A DNA stretch of 64,000 nt, from positions 52,328,001-52,392,000 of the forward strand of contig OZ249436.1 of NCBI GenBank assembly GCA_965235115.1. The letters are read 5' to 3'. The position numbers were made by a program, and so were the translations under genes. The stretch comes from Laetmonice hystrix (Eukaryota). Shown piece by piece: positions 46,385 through 60,168 of the stretch. A model generated the notes under the pieces. That model made no database searches. It had not been told where the DNA came from and worked only from the letters and a program-made list of their open reading frames with translations. Position 1 is the first letter of the stretch. Each line of letters begins with the position of its first letter.

Positions 46385-46777
46385 CATAGGCGCCAGAAGC
46401 GGGGGGGCAGGGGGGGGGGGGCGACCGCCCCCTCAATAATCTGGTTGGGGGGGCATCGCCCCCCCCCCCAATAATCTGTGATCATGAATGAAAAAAGGCA
46501 GGTTTTTCCACATACAGTAGGCCTGTTGAAACCATGACTTGGGTGCGTCAAAGACTGGGTCGATTGTCCTAATGATACATTGTAATTTATTCATTTACGC
46601 CTTCAAAACATAAAAAATCCTGCCTCAAAATGGCGTAAAAAAGCGTTTTAAGGTGTGTAGTTTTAAAAATTTTCTTGGGGAAGGCCTCCGATCCTGCTTT
46701 ACTAAGCATGTTGTAGCCTATGACTTTCGCTTCAGCTCTCTTGCCCCCCCAATAATAATTTGCTTCCGGCGCCCCTG
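46385..46777. mobile_element. hAT-like MITE with an 8-bp TSD
   Basis: TIRs CATAGGCGCCAGAAGC and GCTTCCGGCGCCCCTG (13/16 match); TSD ACCGTCTC at 46377-46384 and 46778-46785. Confidence 0.85.
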
Positions 46778-48383
46778 ACCGTCTCAGTTATATACACAGT
46801 AACAACACAAACTAGATCTTAAGTTACATAATTTTGTTGAAAAAACTGAGATAGCCGACTCCTTCCGATACAATTATCGCAGGCTAAAGCAATCATGCAC
46901 GCGATTCTGAAATGATGCACTAGTTTATTCCTTAAAACTTTTAAGTCACACCTCCAAATAACCTTCCATGCATAGTTGTTTATTTTACCTTCAAATACTA
47001 CTCACCATCCACAACATACAGTCAATGACATGGAATGAAATTAGTCGAAATCTCTCCAGGAGCTGACAAACCTGGTAAATACCAGCAGACTCATCTACAA
47101 AGGTCTGTCCCTTTGGCCAATGAGAAAAAAATACACAAGAGTTTGTCATTTAAATTCTTCATACAGAATAGGGTGTGGGGTCAGGTATACAAAGTTCAGG
47201 ATGATTAAACGTCAATGTTTTCGTTACCCTAAATTTTCAGGGACATCTATGAAAAAAGAAGAAGTGTGCAATGTATGATCAATGTACACTTTCCCCTGAT
47301 ATAGAAAATCACTGCTTAGATAATGAAACAAGGGTAGGTGAATATATACATGAAGGGTTATCGACGACGTCCAATAGAACCTTTAACACTAACGAGCCTG
47401 ATCGATTGCGGCGATTTTCTATGAGACGCCCTTGCAATTTCTGCCTCATTCTTTAATCCTACTACAATTTGACGAGATGAAACCCATTTTCGCACATTCA
47501 GACAAACAAACATACAGAAAAGAACAATGTGAAAAAAAGGAATCGTATATTATCGTTTATATATATTCCCGTTTTTGAATACTGATTACAAATATGAACA
47601 TTCCAAACAGCTGCCTGCAAAATAAGATAAGACAGAGAGACAGCCGAGTTTTGAAACAGGAGTTGGGAGTTGTGCTTTAGCTTACTGGTTAGTTAGACTA
47701 CGTAGTCAAATCCGTAGCTTTTTTCCTTTTTTTTTTCTTTCTTTCATCGCCAGACTAGGGTTAGGCAGTATCACGTTTTTGATGCCCTCAGTAGTGGCCC
47801 GTTGACACGACTCCTTTTTATGTAACTTCTCCATATATTCTCTATATTTATCTGTTTTGACTCATCACTTCATCAATATAACGTATTTACCCACCAGATC
47901 ACACGCTGATTTCAGTTTTTCTTAAAACATCTTAAGATCTGTTGAATCTCGTTCCCTTTAATTAAAATTGTAGATATCCACAACTTCTTGCACCGGCGGT
48001 AGTACAAGATCTCGGCCACCGTGACTGACGAATTCTAAGGTAACCAAAATGTCCCTATTGCAGACGATGCGCAGTAGACCAGAGTAAAACCACCGTAATG
48101 AGTAAGTTACAGTTACGAAAGGTCACTCATATTGTATTTTTTACATGATTTAGAACAAATGGTTATGGGTAAGTTAACCATAAAGAACTGTGCCCATTTG
48201 CCACTACTTAGTCATCTTTATTTAATATGCTAAAACAGTCTAACCCTAGTGAGCAGCGAAGCAGAAATCTGATTATGGAGAACTGACTACGTATTAGCCA
48301 GTTTAAATCTAACTAACTGGCTAGAGCTGAGTCGACAAGAACATGCACGCTTGTTGTTGAATACCTCTAAAGTGATTCATGAC

Positions 48384-51300
48384 TCATGTCTGCTTGGATT
48401 TGATGGGACCCAGCATCTTATGAAGGAGTCCCTGAACTACATTGAATTTCTGAAAAAACAAAACATTTGAATGCATACAGTACCATAACTTTTCGACTTT
48501 TCAAGGACTCAAAATACTATATCAGTTAGACTCGCCCCAGCTAGGCCAGAATATGCTACATGTTAAATTGATGACAGGCACACCCTTTTCTTTAGGAGGG
48601 CAAAGATAACGTGTAATAACAAACTATTATTTCTTAATGGACTTGGCTTGCATTATGATCAAGTGTGAAATTCACTCTTGATTCCCATCGTTTTCTTTTA
48701 AAGTTTTCGTGACACTAATTATAGTAGAGTTCATTGCATTCGTCACGATTCGTGTCACCCCAAACATTTAGGTGGAGAGTCTCAAATCGTTGGCTTACCT
48801 GACACAAAAGGTACACCACGGCTAAATAGCCCATGATAGCTACTGCTAGGAACAGATCAAATATGGCGGGTTTGACACTGGAAAAAAATAAACACAAATT
48901 TTTAAAAACCAACTTTTGGTGAATCAAGGAGACCAGCTTGTATAATGCGCAGTGTCCACTTTCCTGATTTCGGGACTGATTTGGCAATCAGATTAGATCG
49001 AATGAAGGTTGGGTCTGGTCCCGATCAGGTCAGGAAAGTGGACATGGAGATCGGAGGTAGATCGGGCAGCCCAGATTGGAAGGTGATCCGATCAGTTTCA
49101 AGGGAGGGAAAGCGGTCGGTCCTAATTGGCCAACCGTAGTACTAGGATATGCCTGTGAAGATTTGGGGATGGATCGGGCCTCAGATCAGTACAGTGGAAA
49201 TGCAAATCTGGACGGTAGGACCTACCACCGATTTAGATCGGACGAAAACGGTTGGTATAGAGTGCATACAATTTGGACCTGAGGGATCGGGGCCAATCTA
49301 ACCATTCTTAATCTGTTTTATAAGATGCGGCAAATAATAATTATAAAATATAATTCTTAATCTGGCCTGGTTCCAATCTAGATTGGGAAAGTGGACACCG
49401 CATTGAATGTCTGACCACAACATTTTGTAAATTATCCCTGCTCCTACATGGATTAAATAATATGGTGTCGAACTGGCAAATAGTAACAGCTATTATTTTA
49501 TGGCTGCCGCACTTTCCCTGTCCTGATTGGTCAGTTCCCTGTCACGTGACCACAGATAAAAAACTAATATTGCATGGAAAAAGTAATATTGACCAGTAAT
49601 ACTTTTCCCTGCCGTCAAGTGTTTTCACCCCCGCGTGTAAATAGGTTCTTCTGCATTCTTAATGTAAGCTTAATATAACAGCCTGGAGGGGTGACAGCGT
49701 ATGATAGCAAAGCGGAAACTATGCGAGGTGATGTCAGAATCTTGTATAGCCTCTAGTCTAGGCTAGCTCTAGGCCTAGCTAGATGAAGCAGTCGTGAACA
49801 CGATGGATCCCTGTTAATTGACTGATTGTTAAGATTGGCCATGGTTTTGATCATGGTAGGTATAGAATTTACTGGTAGAATTGTGATTACTGACTCACTG
49901 AGGGGTACTGGTAGGCCTAGGTCTAGATGATCTAGGTCTAATGGAGTAAAGTTAAACTGACTGTGCAGTCATTGATGGGTCCTGACAGGAAAAGTGCGGC
50001 AGTCATAAAATAAAACAAATATGGCACTTGGTTGAGTGCAATATGAAAATTTATGGCACTCTGGAAACTGATATTGCACTCCGCTTCGCGTTGTGCAATA
50101 TCAGTTGCCATCGTGCCATAAATTTTCATATTGCGCTCAACCAAGTGCCATTTGTATAATATTGACTGGTGAATATTAACTAAGTTTAAAGTTATATTCA
50201 GTGACTTGTTTTAATCAAATAGGAACAAAATTATGACTCACTTGTAGGCACTCATTGTGTATTCTGCACCATCAAAGAAGACAAACTCAGGATCCCTTGA
50301 AAAGCAAAGATATAAACAATTTATGATAAATTCATAATCACCTTAACATTTATGGCAGTGAACAGAGTCTGTAAGCTGTAGCTTGCAAACACTGTGGAAA
50401 GACAGAGAGACGATCCCTAGACACTGCCATCATATAACCAGTGCTGCTTCTAGCAAGTCTGAAAAATGGGCCAGATTCACAAATGACTGTGAAAAAGTGG
50501 GTTGGCCAGAATTTTTGCCATGAACATAATTTCATTTCTTGTTCAAGTTTTTTCTTGCTAGTCAAGATCAGAAAACACCAACCGTGTTTAATAATTTGTT
50601 GATTCAGTATTTCTAAATTGGATATAACTGCCCTTTTCCAAATTCTGAATTGCTGAAAAAAACCCACAAGAACCAGTTTGTGAAGTTGAATAGTTCCGTA
50701 TTTGTCAATCTTTCTGTTAGGATACCTATTCATAAAATTTGTGCCAGCATCAGATGAAATGCGTATCATGTGCCCCAAGGTTTATTTCCACCAGTGTTCC
50801 CAAAATTGTGAGAATCTAGCACTCTAGAAGCAGCACTGCATAACCTCTTTAAAATTATAATACAGACGTTAGGAATTAAAACTAATACATGAGAGATTCA
50901 AAAGGTCATGTGTCTTTAAATGTACAGCAATGGCCAGCGAATGTATGTTATATATAGACATATACCTGAATACTATAATGGAAAAATATGACAGCACAAT
51001 TTTGATGTTTACGATGTGAAGCTCACCGTTTGTCTGCCTTCACTGTGGTCCTCCGAACATCTTTAAGGTAGCGTGCCATGGTTTGTTCTAGGGTTTGGAT
51101 GAGAACACTATCCTTGGTCAGTAGTTGTGCTGAGCGCGGCATGGAGCTGATGTACTCATGCCATGAGGCCACGAGTCCCTCTTCTACTTTCTGTTGGATT
51201 AATTTAAGTATTCTTTAATGTTTTTATATCAGATAATTTACATAAAAGTAAACAGCTATGCTGAGAATAATGTAACCGAGGAAAACACTTTACAAGGCTT

Positions 51301-54300
51301 CTACTCCACATCCCACATGCGCTAAAAGGACAGGCTGAAAAAAAGGTGCCCGATTCACATCAATACCGACCTTCCCTACTTAAAGCCAGGCCATCAAGGC
51401 CAGCCAGAACAATCTTTGATATCACTGCCCTCTGGTGGCAAAGCCACACATCATTAAGACTGAAAAAATCCACCTGAGAGTTCAGGTATACTACAGGAAT
51501 ATACAGTAGAACCTCACAAATACGACCACCTCAGGGACTGGCCGAAAGTGGTCGTAATTCTGAGATGGTCGTAATTCTGAAATTTGACCTGGATTAGGAA
51601 GGATTTTGGGTATAGGGGGGGGGGGGGCTATCATTTAACCTGGATTAGGGATGCTCATAGGTATATCAGCATGATATCAGTAAAGGATGCCATAGACAAA
51701 GATTCATGGGCCTACATTTACATACATGTATAGTCCTCCTCTATCCTTTTATAGTGTTTATTTGCATGAAGAGAAAGACGAACTTGAAACACTCTAAAAC
51801 TTGGGAATAACTGAAAACTATGACAAGACTGAGTTGGCTGAACAGGAACAAGTGTGTGGGATACAAAAATCAGTCTCGGTTTATAGTGACTCAAGTAAGG
51901 TCTAGGTGGACTGAAACACCTCGGCCCATTAATCCAAGTCGCACCTCCCATTGTGTTCATAAAGTCTCTACAAACACTGCTGTTATTTAGGGTCAAGGTG
52001 GGCAGATGCCGGGTCTGTTAATCCAAGTCGCACCTCCCATTGTCTTACAACTACATAAACACTGCCAGCCACTCCATCTGGTCACTGACTGGTCGTTATT
52101 GTGAGGTTGAATCCAATTTGGGACTGAAATAAGCGGTCGTAAAAGTGAATTCCGAGGTGGTCGTATTTCTGAAACTTAAATGCATTGAAAATATAGGGAT
52201 AATTTTGGGACTGCTCAAAAGTGGTCGTATTTTTGAGGTGGTCTTATTTCTGAGGTGGTCGTTAGGTGAGGTTCTACTGTACTGGTTCATGTTATTCACA
52301 CAGAAAGGTGAATTTGTAGTTTTTTCCTATAATGTTTCTTGAACATAACTGATTCATCCTATTTTCTTTTTTCCATATCTGAATGCACAGGTCCCGTTTC
52401 TGTTCTGAAAGCAAATCTCTATATTCCTGACATAAATATATCTAGCTCGGGCTATAACATTTCTGAACAGTTTATCCTAATCACTTGCAACTTTCAGCTC
52501 AAAAAATATGTTTCAACAGCTTTCTTTGGGTTTTAATACCTATGGCTATGCTGTTTAATCTTTATAACCCCTGGCACATACCAAACCATCCCTGAAGACA
52601 TCTATGCCCGAGTCACTAGTGATATTGAAGATCTGTCGAGCCAAGGCCTCTGCTACCACCTTGATATTACGAGCTAGAATCCCTGCATTTTTTGTTTCTC
52701 TGAAGGAGAGAAATCAATTCAACAATCAGGATAAGTCAAAGGAATTCTGGCTTCACCAAATCTACATGCTAGACAATTACACCAATTACTAAATTTGCCC
52801 ATTTTAAAACATGTCTGAGATAATGTTAACATCAATTTTTCCCAGTTTCGTGAAAATCAATCCAGTTTTTTGTTATTATTCCTGCCGACACCATATTCAA
52901 AGATCAAAAAAGAGGCCAGCTGATGTACAGAAAGTGACTTTACCCATTATTGAACTCGAGAATCCCAGCTAAATACAAGGCCGGCTGATCTTGCCATAAC
53001 CACCCACCCAATGAGGGCGTTGATAGCTAAAGAAGTTGAAGAATAATGGTGCCACCATACTTGGAGAAACCACCTTACCTTGTATCAAGTATAGTGTTCC
53101 GTGTTGGCCGTTTGTGACTGTCTAAATGTGAAAGTGTGAAAGCTGGCAACCGTCTAATACTGAATCGTTCATGTTCCCATGCCAGAAGATCGTCAGCCAA
53201 ATTGATCTTCTTGTGGACTACACTGAAGTCTACGTTTTCAAACTTTGATGTCATGTGCTCCAGGTCCTGTGGGAAACAAGACCAACATTGAACATATTTC
53301 ACAGTGAAAATGTTTCAATTTTAATGTAATTCGTTTGGCTGTCATTGTTTTGTTTTTTTGTCAGCAAATTATTCATTGTTTTCTATGCCCCAACGAGTTA
53401 ACATTCTGGAGACTATGTTCAGTGTGTGAACATCTGTGAAAACATGCTGTAAAACATCTTATTCTGACCTTAACAAGCTGAGCCCCTGGTGATCCTTCCT
53501 TCGGGGGTTTAGACACATGTAAATGGAGTGAGTTGGATTGGCCAACACTGTCTAAACACAGAACATAGGCAGCATCAGCCAACAGTGAAGTCTCGCCCGA
53601 ATCCAGCTGGTCTTCGATCCACCGCTTCGTACCATGGTAGTTGAACTTTCCAGCACCGGCCAGTAGGAAGAGTATATTAAATCTTACTAGCAGTAAAGGT
53701 TATTTTTCTCTTTCCGAGGCAAACTGAATCTGTTTTCACTTTCCAATGCTATTCAATAGGCAATTGTTTTGACACAGAGAGCCCTTTTATAAATCAGGGC
53801 AAGGATTTACGCTCCGAAGCTTTTACTTCAAGAAATGCTGACAAAATCTATCTTGTGTGTGGAAATACCTCAGATCTGGTTTGATCCGTCCATTCAACAT
53901 CTTAAAATTATGTTTGTCTCTTCATTCTATATCTCAGACAAAAGGATACTTGGCATGTGTACGTGAACTTGTATACAACTTGTTAAACAAACGTGCCAAC
54001 TCGAGCAGTGCCACAACGCCACTACCGTTGGAATCAGCACCGACTGATAGCATCTGAAAACATTTTCACAGTAAACATAAGATTTGTCAAAAAAATTATG
54101 GGGATAAGAAGCTGAACTAATAGATTTCAAATTTATCTAGCTATGCTGAACTTGATTCGCCCTGGAAAATGGCAAAAACAACTCATGTCTGATGTGGGTG
54201 AACCAAGATACTATAACAGTACAGGGTGTAAAATTAGCGGTGCGGCATGCGGCATGCCGCATTGTTTTTGCTCCGGGCGCATCCACATGATGACCCTATG

Positions 54301-57300
54301 CGCCCGCCGGGCGCATTGGATGATTTGCCGACTTGTGCCAGCGATGACCTTCTAACTGGGCGAGCCACACGTGTATCACAGCAGTCCGCAGACTGTGTAC
54401 TCTGCCTTCCCTATTCATGGAATGGGATGATCCATCCAGAGCGCAGTGATTGATTATTCCATTCCACACTGGGGGTGGACACGGTGGACATTTTCGACCC
54501 CAGCCAAGCTGTCCGTCGCTGGCAGAAGGTTGTCACCTGCACCCCAGGTCCCGGTTTTTAGTTCATCATTTTACCAATCTTAAGACTGGAATCTTAAGGC
54601 TGACTTGTGTTATGGTCTCTCATTGGCTGACTTCATTTGAAGGACCAATAAGAAGCTCTGAAACAAGAGTTATTGTTTAGAAAAATGTGTTTTTACATGG
54701 GGGGGGGGGGGGTTCGCCACTGTCACTATGGCGCACTTTAAAATGATCTGGGCGCACTGAACTACATCCGGGCGCATTGGACAGGGGGCCTCTGCGCCCG
54801 GAGGGCGCACTCTATCTCGCCCCCAATTTTACACCCTGCAGTATAAGCCTGGCTTGCTTGTTACCCTGACTTAATGACTTACCGGAGCAATACCAAATGC
54901 ATCATAATGAGCAACTATTGCAATTGTTGGCAGCTGCTCCTCAATACCAGACCCTGTCAATTTTCCCTGCAGCACAAAAAGCAAAGAGATAATATGCACC
55001 TCTATGGTGTGTGTTAAATTCTAGCTTTGAATTTGATAAATAATGCAATAAAATTCCATACACATACGAAAGCACTAGAGTATACCAAGGTTCAGGGGCC
55101 GAAAAATCTGGTGGTCTGACACCCGTGACCAGCGTTTTTTCAGAGCTCATATCAGAGCTGTATTTTTAAATGGCCCATAACACCTAACTTTGGGCCAGTC
55201 CAAGTATGGTAAATGTATGCAAATATGCAGACTAGTTACTCATAGTGGCGACTAGCACAACTTCACACAACATTAGTCCGGGCTAGTGGCCAAAAGTTGG
55301 ATTTTTCTACCCGTTAAGGTTTTTTGTTATTGTTCATTATTCATATCATGAAAAAATGTGTACATGTTTATGTAGCATGCATGTACTTACCTGTATGTTA
55401 ACCACTTGGAAATCATTGAGGGCTTTGGCCTGAGACCCCGAGACCACCATCTGAAAGCCATTGGCTGATGCTGACCCCAGCAGAGCTGTAGTGGACAGAT
55501 GTAATTATATGTTCATTAAGTCAATATTGATCATGTTGTGAATGTGAAATGACTGACGAAGATGAGGTATAATCCTACATTAGCAAACATGCAATAACAA
55601 ACTAGGTTAGCAGCAGCTCTTCAAGTTCAACTGCAGAAATGCATACCTGCCAACATTTGGTCGACGGAATCCAGAATTATCCCAAATTGACTTTTGATAC
55701 TCTCTCTATGGGCCCCTTTCTTTTATCCATCTCTCTCTCTTCCTCTCCATTACTGACAGAAAGCACAACCCTGAACTAAAATCTAGTTATATGGCAGGGA
55801 CCATAAACGATCTTTTTGCCAGTGAAACTCTGCCATGAGCGAGAGATTTAACATGTATTTGGAGGGAATCTATACTTATTCTGTAAATTTTATGATTCCG
55901 TAATATTTAGAGAGTAATCCGGAATGCGGAATACCTCATTCAAATGCAGAAAGATTCCGCAGAATGCGGAAGGGTTGGCAGGTATGGAAATGCCTGAGTG
56001 AAGTGTGTGGCCACAAACAGGTTTTCTCCATTATTAACTGGTCAATGGCCAAAGCTAGAACTCAGCAAATTATCAGGCATGATCATTACCTTCAGCAGCT
56101 GATCCAGCATCGTCACTGTTGGTAGACACCTTCACATCCTCATAGATGTCCAGCAGTGCTGGAGTCTCGTGTGCGAAGAAGACAGGAATCTGGCTTTCTT
56201 CTTGAAGAAGATCAGACTCCAGGTCCATCAAATGCTGTAAATTTAAAAAAAAAATGTATTACCAATTAGTGAGAACCTTCATTGTGTACATTTCACATAA
56301 CAGATGGAAAGGGGGAAGAGACTGTGCACAGCAGACTGACTCTGTGGCAAAACTGTGTGCTCAGCAAGGACTTTAAAGAGCTGGGAAATTTCACGGATTC
56401 ATACATTTTTAAGAAATATACCATTGCAAGGTTTCAAATATTAGCAAATATCATCAATTTATATGTAAATGTGCACAACACACATGTTATGTGCTGCAAG
56501 CCAAAGTTGAAAGTGGTGATGGAACTGCAACATGAAGTTTGAGGTAATTGGGGGTAGTATGCCTGTCCCCAACTTGCTCCCACCCCACAAAAAAAAACCT
56601 GCTTCCCCTCATCATTTGAACAAAGCACTAGGGGTGCGAACCAGATAATTATCTTATCTTGGCCTAAGACAGCAAAAATCCTCATACCTCTTTTTCCTTG
56701 TCATTTAGACTGCTGAGATTCTGGGGTAAGAGCACAAGAAGTCCACCAGCACTCTGTGACAGCAAATCCTTGTATTTATCCACCGTGAGTTCACGCAGCT
56801 TGGCCAGAACACAACGCCTCGTTACCAGACCAGCATCCAAAGGGCGGGCCTCAACATTCATTTGAGCGTTTCTACATCCTAATAAAATACAAAAAAAAAA
56901 GACCATATTTTGATAACAAATGAACAAAAGTATGAGCCTGCTTTTTTTTTTTATAGAAATACCTCCTTTTCTTAGATTACCTCCTTGGACCCCTCCCCTT
57001 TACAAAATTTTCAATCTCCATGGGTTGTTTCTCTCATGACAACGATTCTAAAATTATGGGAATCAAAAGACCCTATTCAATATTGACCCCATGCCTCCGG
57101 GATCTCTCTACCTTTGGCGCGCTGCCACAGGTAAAATGAAAATCTGTGCACCAAATTTAATGGCCGGGAGTTGCCTCAGCCCCCCAAAACCAGAGGGATA
57201 AAGATGCTTTGACACTTAATAATTTCCTTTATTTTCCTATGGTTAAGGACCTCCTTTTTTATCCGAATTCTTACCTCGACCACCATGCCCATAAAAAAAT

Positions 57301-58716
57301 ATCGTATCTGCACAGATTTCAATCTCAGAAATGACGATCCAGGGGTGCATTCCACTTAGCCTGAAAGACGTCTTTGAAATGGTCGCTGAGGGCAAAGAGG
57401 TCTTTGCGGCGACGGGTGTTTCACTAACCGCATATTCTTTAACATTGGCCCCGCAAAGACGTCTTTCCAAAGAATCTATACTAGTATACTTATTCTGTAA
57501 TTTTATGATTCCATAATATTTAACGAGTTCCAATGCGGAATGCCTCATTCAAATGCAGAAAGATTCTGCAGAATGCGGAACGGTTGGCAGGTATGGAATG
57601 CCTAGTAAGGGTTTGAACATGATTTTCAGTGTGTGGCCCCAGATCACAGCATGAGGGCCTTGACGTTCCGTCTCGGTCCTCGTCTGTGATCTGGGGCCAC
57701 ACACTGAAAATCATGTTTAAACCCTGTTCTACCATGACAATACCATATTTTACTAATTTTAGACACTATTTTATTTAATAAATAATACCTAAAATATCAG
57801 AAGAAAGGCTTACCAAGTTTATAAGCTCTACATTACAACCATGTTTACAAGTGACAGTGCATTCCGAGCACGTTATGAAAGCCGCTACCTCAGTGGTTAA
57901 TATCAGTCTAATTGTGACGCTTTCACAATTGTTAGTAACTGTGTCGTCATCATTGTGATTGTGTCGGCATAATTAGATTCTGAACCAATCACGTTCATAG
58001 GGAGTGCACGGCTAGGAGTGGCAATACATCAAATTAACCACTGCATAAGTTTTGCTCTTAAAAAAAAAAGAGGCTTTGCCTTATACATGGAGCCCTAGAT
58101 CTATCGATTATAATAATAAGTTACAGTAGACCTCGCATATATAACGGCCTTGCATATACCAGACAATCGCCTATAACGTAGGCCTACTGAAAGTAAACTG
58201 GTCCCGTCTAGGCCTAACAATAATTCAAATTACCGTATAGATCTATGCGTATAACAGACTTCGCATATAAAAGGCAAAAAACTCTGGTCCGAATCAGTAC
58301 GTAATAATATGCGAAGTCTACCATAGAGGGTCTATATGAAAAAATACGGTAGATCTAATATTTAGCCGTTGCCGGCTAAAATATACACTGCCAAAATTAG
58401 AAAAATAAGTTTTTGCTTTTACATAATTTCAAACATCGACTTGTCTTCTATGAGACCAATAATTATTATCATCAGGGCTCGTTCTACCCTGTTTAACCGA
58501 CGCCGACATGCCCAGCCCCATCCCCACCCATTGCGATCACTCACCGTAGGCGGCGCCCTGCAGGTCGTACTGCTGCATGCGATACACGGCGAACTCGTGC
58601 GCTGCCGCGGCGGGCGCCGGTGATATCAGAATGAAGATTGGAACAAAAAACAGGAACGAATAGGGAAAACTGTTCCTAAACATCTCCACCACTTCACCGG
58701 CCTCATCAAACCACAT
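48384..58716 (-). CDS. NCLN: Nicalin (BOS complex subunit), complete 13-exon gene, 557 aa
   Basis: complement(join(58545..58716,56688..56878,56090..56234,55391..55485,54883..54966,53950..54053,53469..53682,53079..53266,52582..52699,51027..51190,50242..50295,48799..48877,48384..48449)). Recognisable nicalin motifs [76 protein letters not shown]; GT-AG sites with consistent phases. Confidence 0.96.
48944..49404. mobile_element. MITE in an NCLN intron
   Basis: Inverted ends AATGCG(CA)GTGTCCACTTTCC ... GGAAAGTGGACACCGCATT. Confidence 0.65.
51424..51441 (-). promoter_or_regulatory. CTCF-consensus motif in NCLN intron 9
   Basis: Reverse strand reads TTGCCACCAGAGGGCAGT; motif match only. Confidence 0.45.
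51504..52279. mobile_element. Tc1/mariner (pogo-like) non-autonomous element
   Basis: TIR CAGTAGAACCTCAC...GTGAGGTTCTACTG; TA on both flanks. Confidence 0.85.
54222..54838. mobile_element. MITE with 14-bp TIRs and a 5-bp flanking direct repeat (hAT5-like)
   Basis: CAGGGTGTAAAATT...AATTTTACACCCTG; CAGTA on both flanks. Confidence 0.78.
55642..55986. mobile_element. MITE with 13-bp TIRs and a 6-bp TSD (hAT6-like); truncated second copy at ~57470-57597
   Basis: CATACCTGCCAAC...GTTGGCAGGTATG; GAAATG on both flanks. Confidence 0.8.
57609..57724. repeat. 116-bp fold-back (41-bp arms, 1 mismatch) in NCLN intron 1
   Basis: Arms at 57609-57649 and 57684-57724 are reverse complements. Confidence 0.9.
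58124..58323. mobile_element. Degenerate Tc1/mariner-like MITE
   Basis: TA-CAGTAGACCTCGCATAT at the left end and an imperfect inverted ATATGCGAAGTCTAC at the right end. Confidence 0.45.
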
Positions 58717-60168
58717 CTTGGCTTACGTTTGATGGACTGTGGATTGGTTTTAATTGCAGAAACGGAGTGTTCTTGGCGCGCTGTCGTTGGGCGACAATTG
58801 AGGATTCCGGGACTATCCGACCTTGGAACCGGATGCCGCACACTGAACCGGATGTAGCTAAAATCAAGGTATCACGCGGGAAAGTGAAATATATCACATT
58901 ACAAGCTTGGCTGGCAAGCCCGCCTGGACAACAGAAGCTTTGGCTTTGTCAGATTCCCCCATGGATGCCAAAATCCTGGATTCGCACCTCCCCTGTTAGT
59001 ACGATGGTTACGATTACGGCCTAGGCCTGTAACTTAGTAAGGCTCGACCGTTCAGACTTCAGACTAAGTTCAGTAGTGACTAGTGTATTCTAAATCAGTA
59101 AATCAAATAGTATTAGTAGTAGTAGTAGAGCATTTAAATTACTTTGATCAAAGCATTTTCATAAGTTAGGTGCATTACAATCTTTTGGTCATTATTTCAA
59201 CACCCCATTTGCTATTCATACTGCAGTATTATTTAGATTGTTTAGGCATACCGTCACGTTCCCAGTTTTCATCATATTAAGACATCGTCACGTAATGGAC
59301 AAACCACATAGGCATCAAACACCAGTAAACTTGCCTCATTAAAGCAGCAGTCTCGTCCGTTAGACCATGCTCGCAACCACCTTGGCCTAGTGACCTATTT
59401 CACGTCCATCCTATGCTGTAGCATAGGAACTGACATCTATAAATAGCACATCGACCGTTAGGGTGGACCCCTTATCGCACAATGCTGAAGGACGAGACCC
59501 TCGCTTTAAATTGCTCTTTGAAGAGGGGTTGTAGGATATGCTTATCCTGTTGGAAAGTCACATGATATTCTTAAAAAATATATTGGAAAGTTTTGGCGTG
59601 TAATACTTTTAATTGTGACCATCCTCAACAGAATCCATAAAACCGCTTCAAAGTCAGAGGCTTCTCCTTTGTTCAGTGATTGGGGCTAACACTGACAGCA
59701 TACTTAAATGTGTATTTATAACTTTTTAAGAAAAATTATTACCATGACCTAGACTAGAGCGACACACTTCATACTGAGCACTACTGAAAAACTCATATCA
59801 TGGCAGTCACAGTTTACACACTTTATTGAACATACCACGATATCTGGGATACTCCGAATTTAGGTAACCTAATGGTATAGGCCTATTAAAAAGTTCTATG
59901 TGGCTCGTTGTGTTACCCATGAGCTGTGACTGCAAAAGCAGGTAACTTAATGTGGAATTGTCCCCCTTGTTTGAATGACCAAAAGTGTATTACTTTAAAA
60001 AAAAAGGGGGGGAAAAACGAACAAAAAATACATTCAGCAGTGCACAGATTTTAATTCTTATGAACATTAATTTTTTTGCCATTATCCATTTTATTTGGAT
60101 ACAGGCAGAGAGAGTCACATGATTCATCTAAACAATACAAGCATGATTTTCTTTTTCAGGTACTCTGC

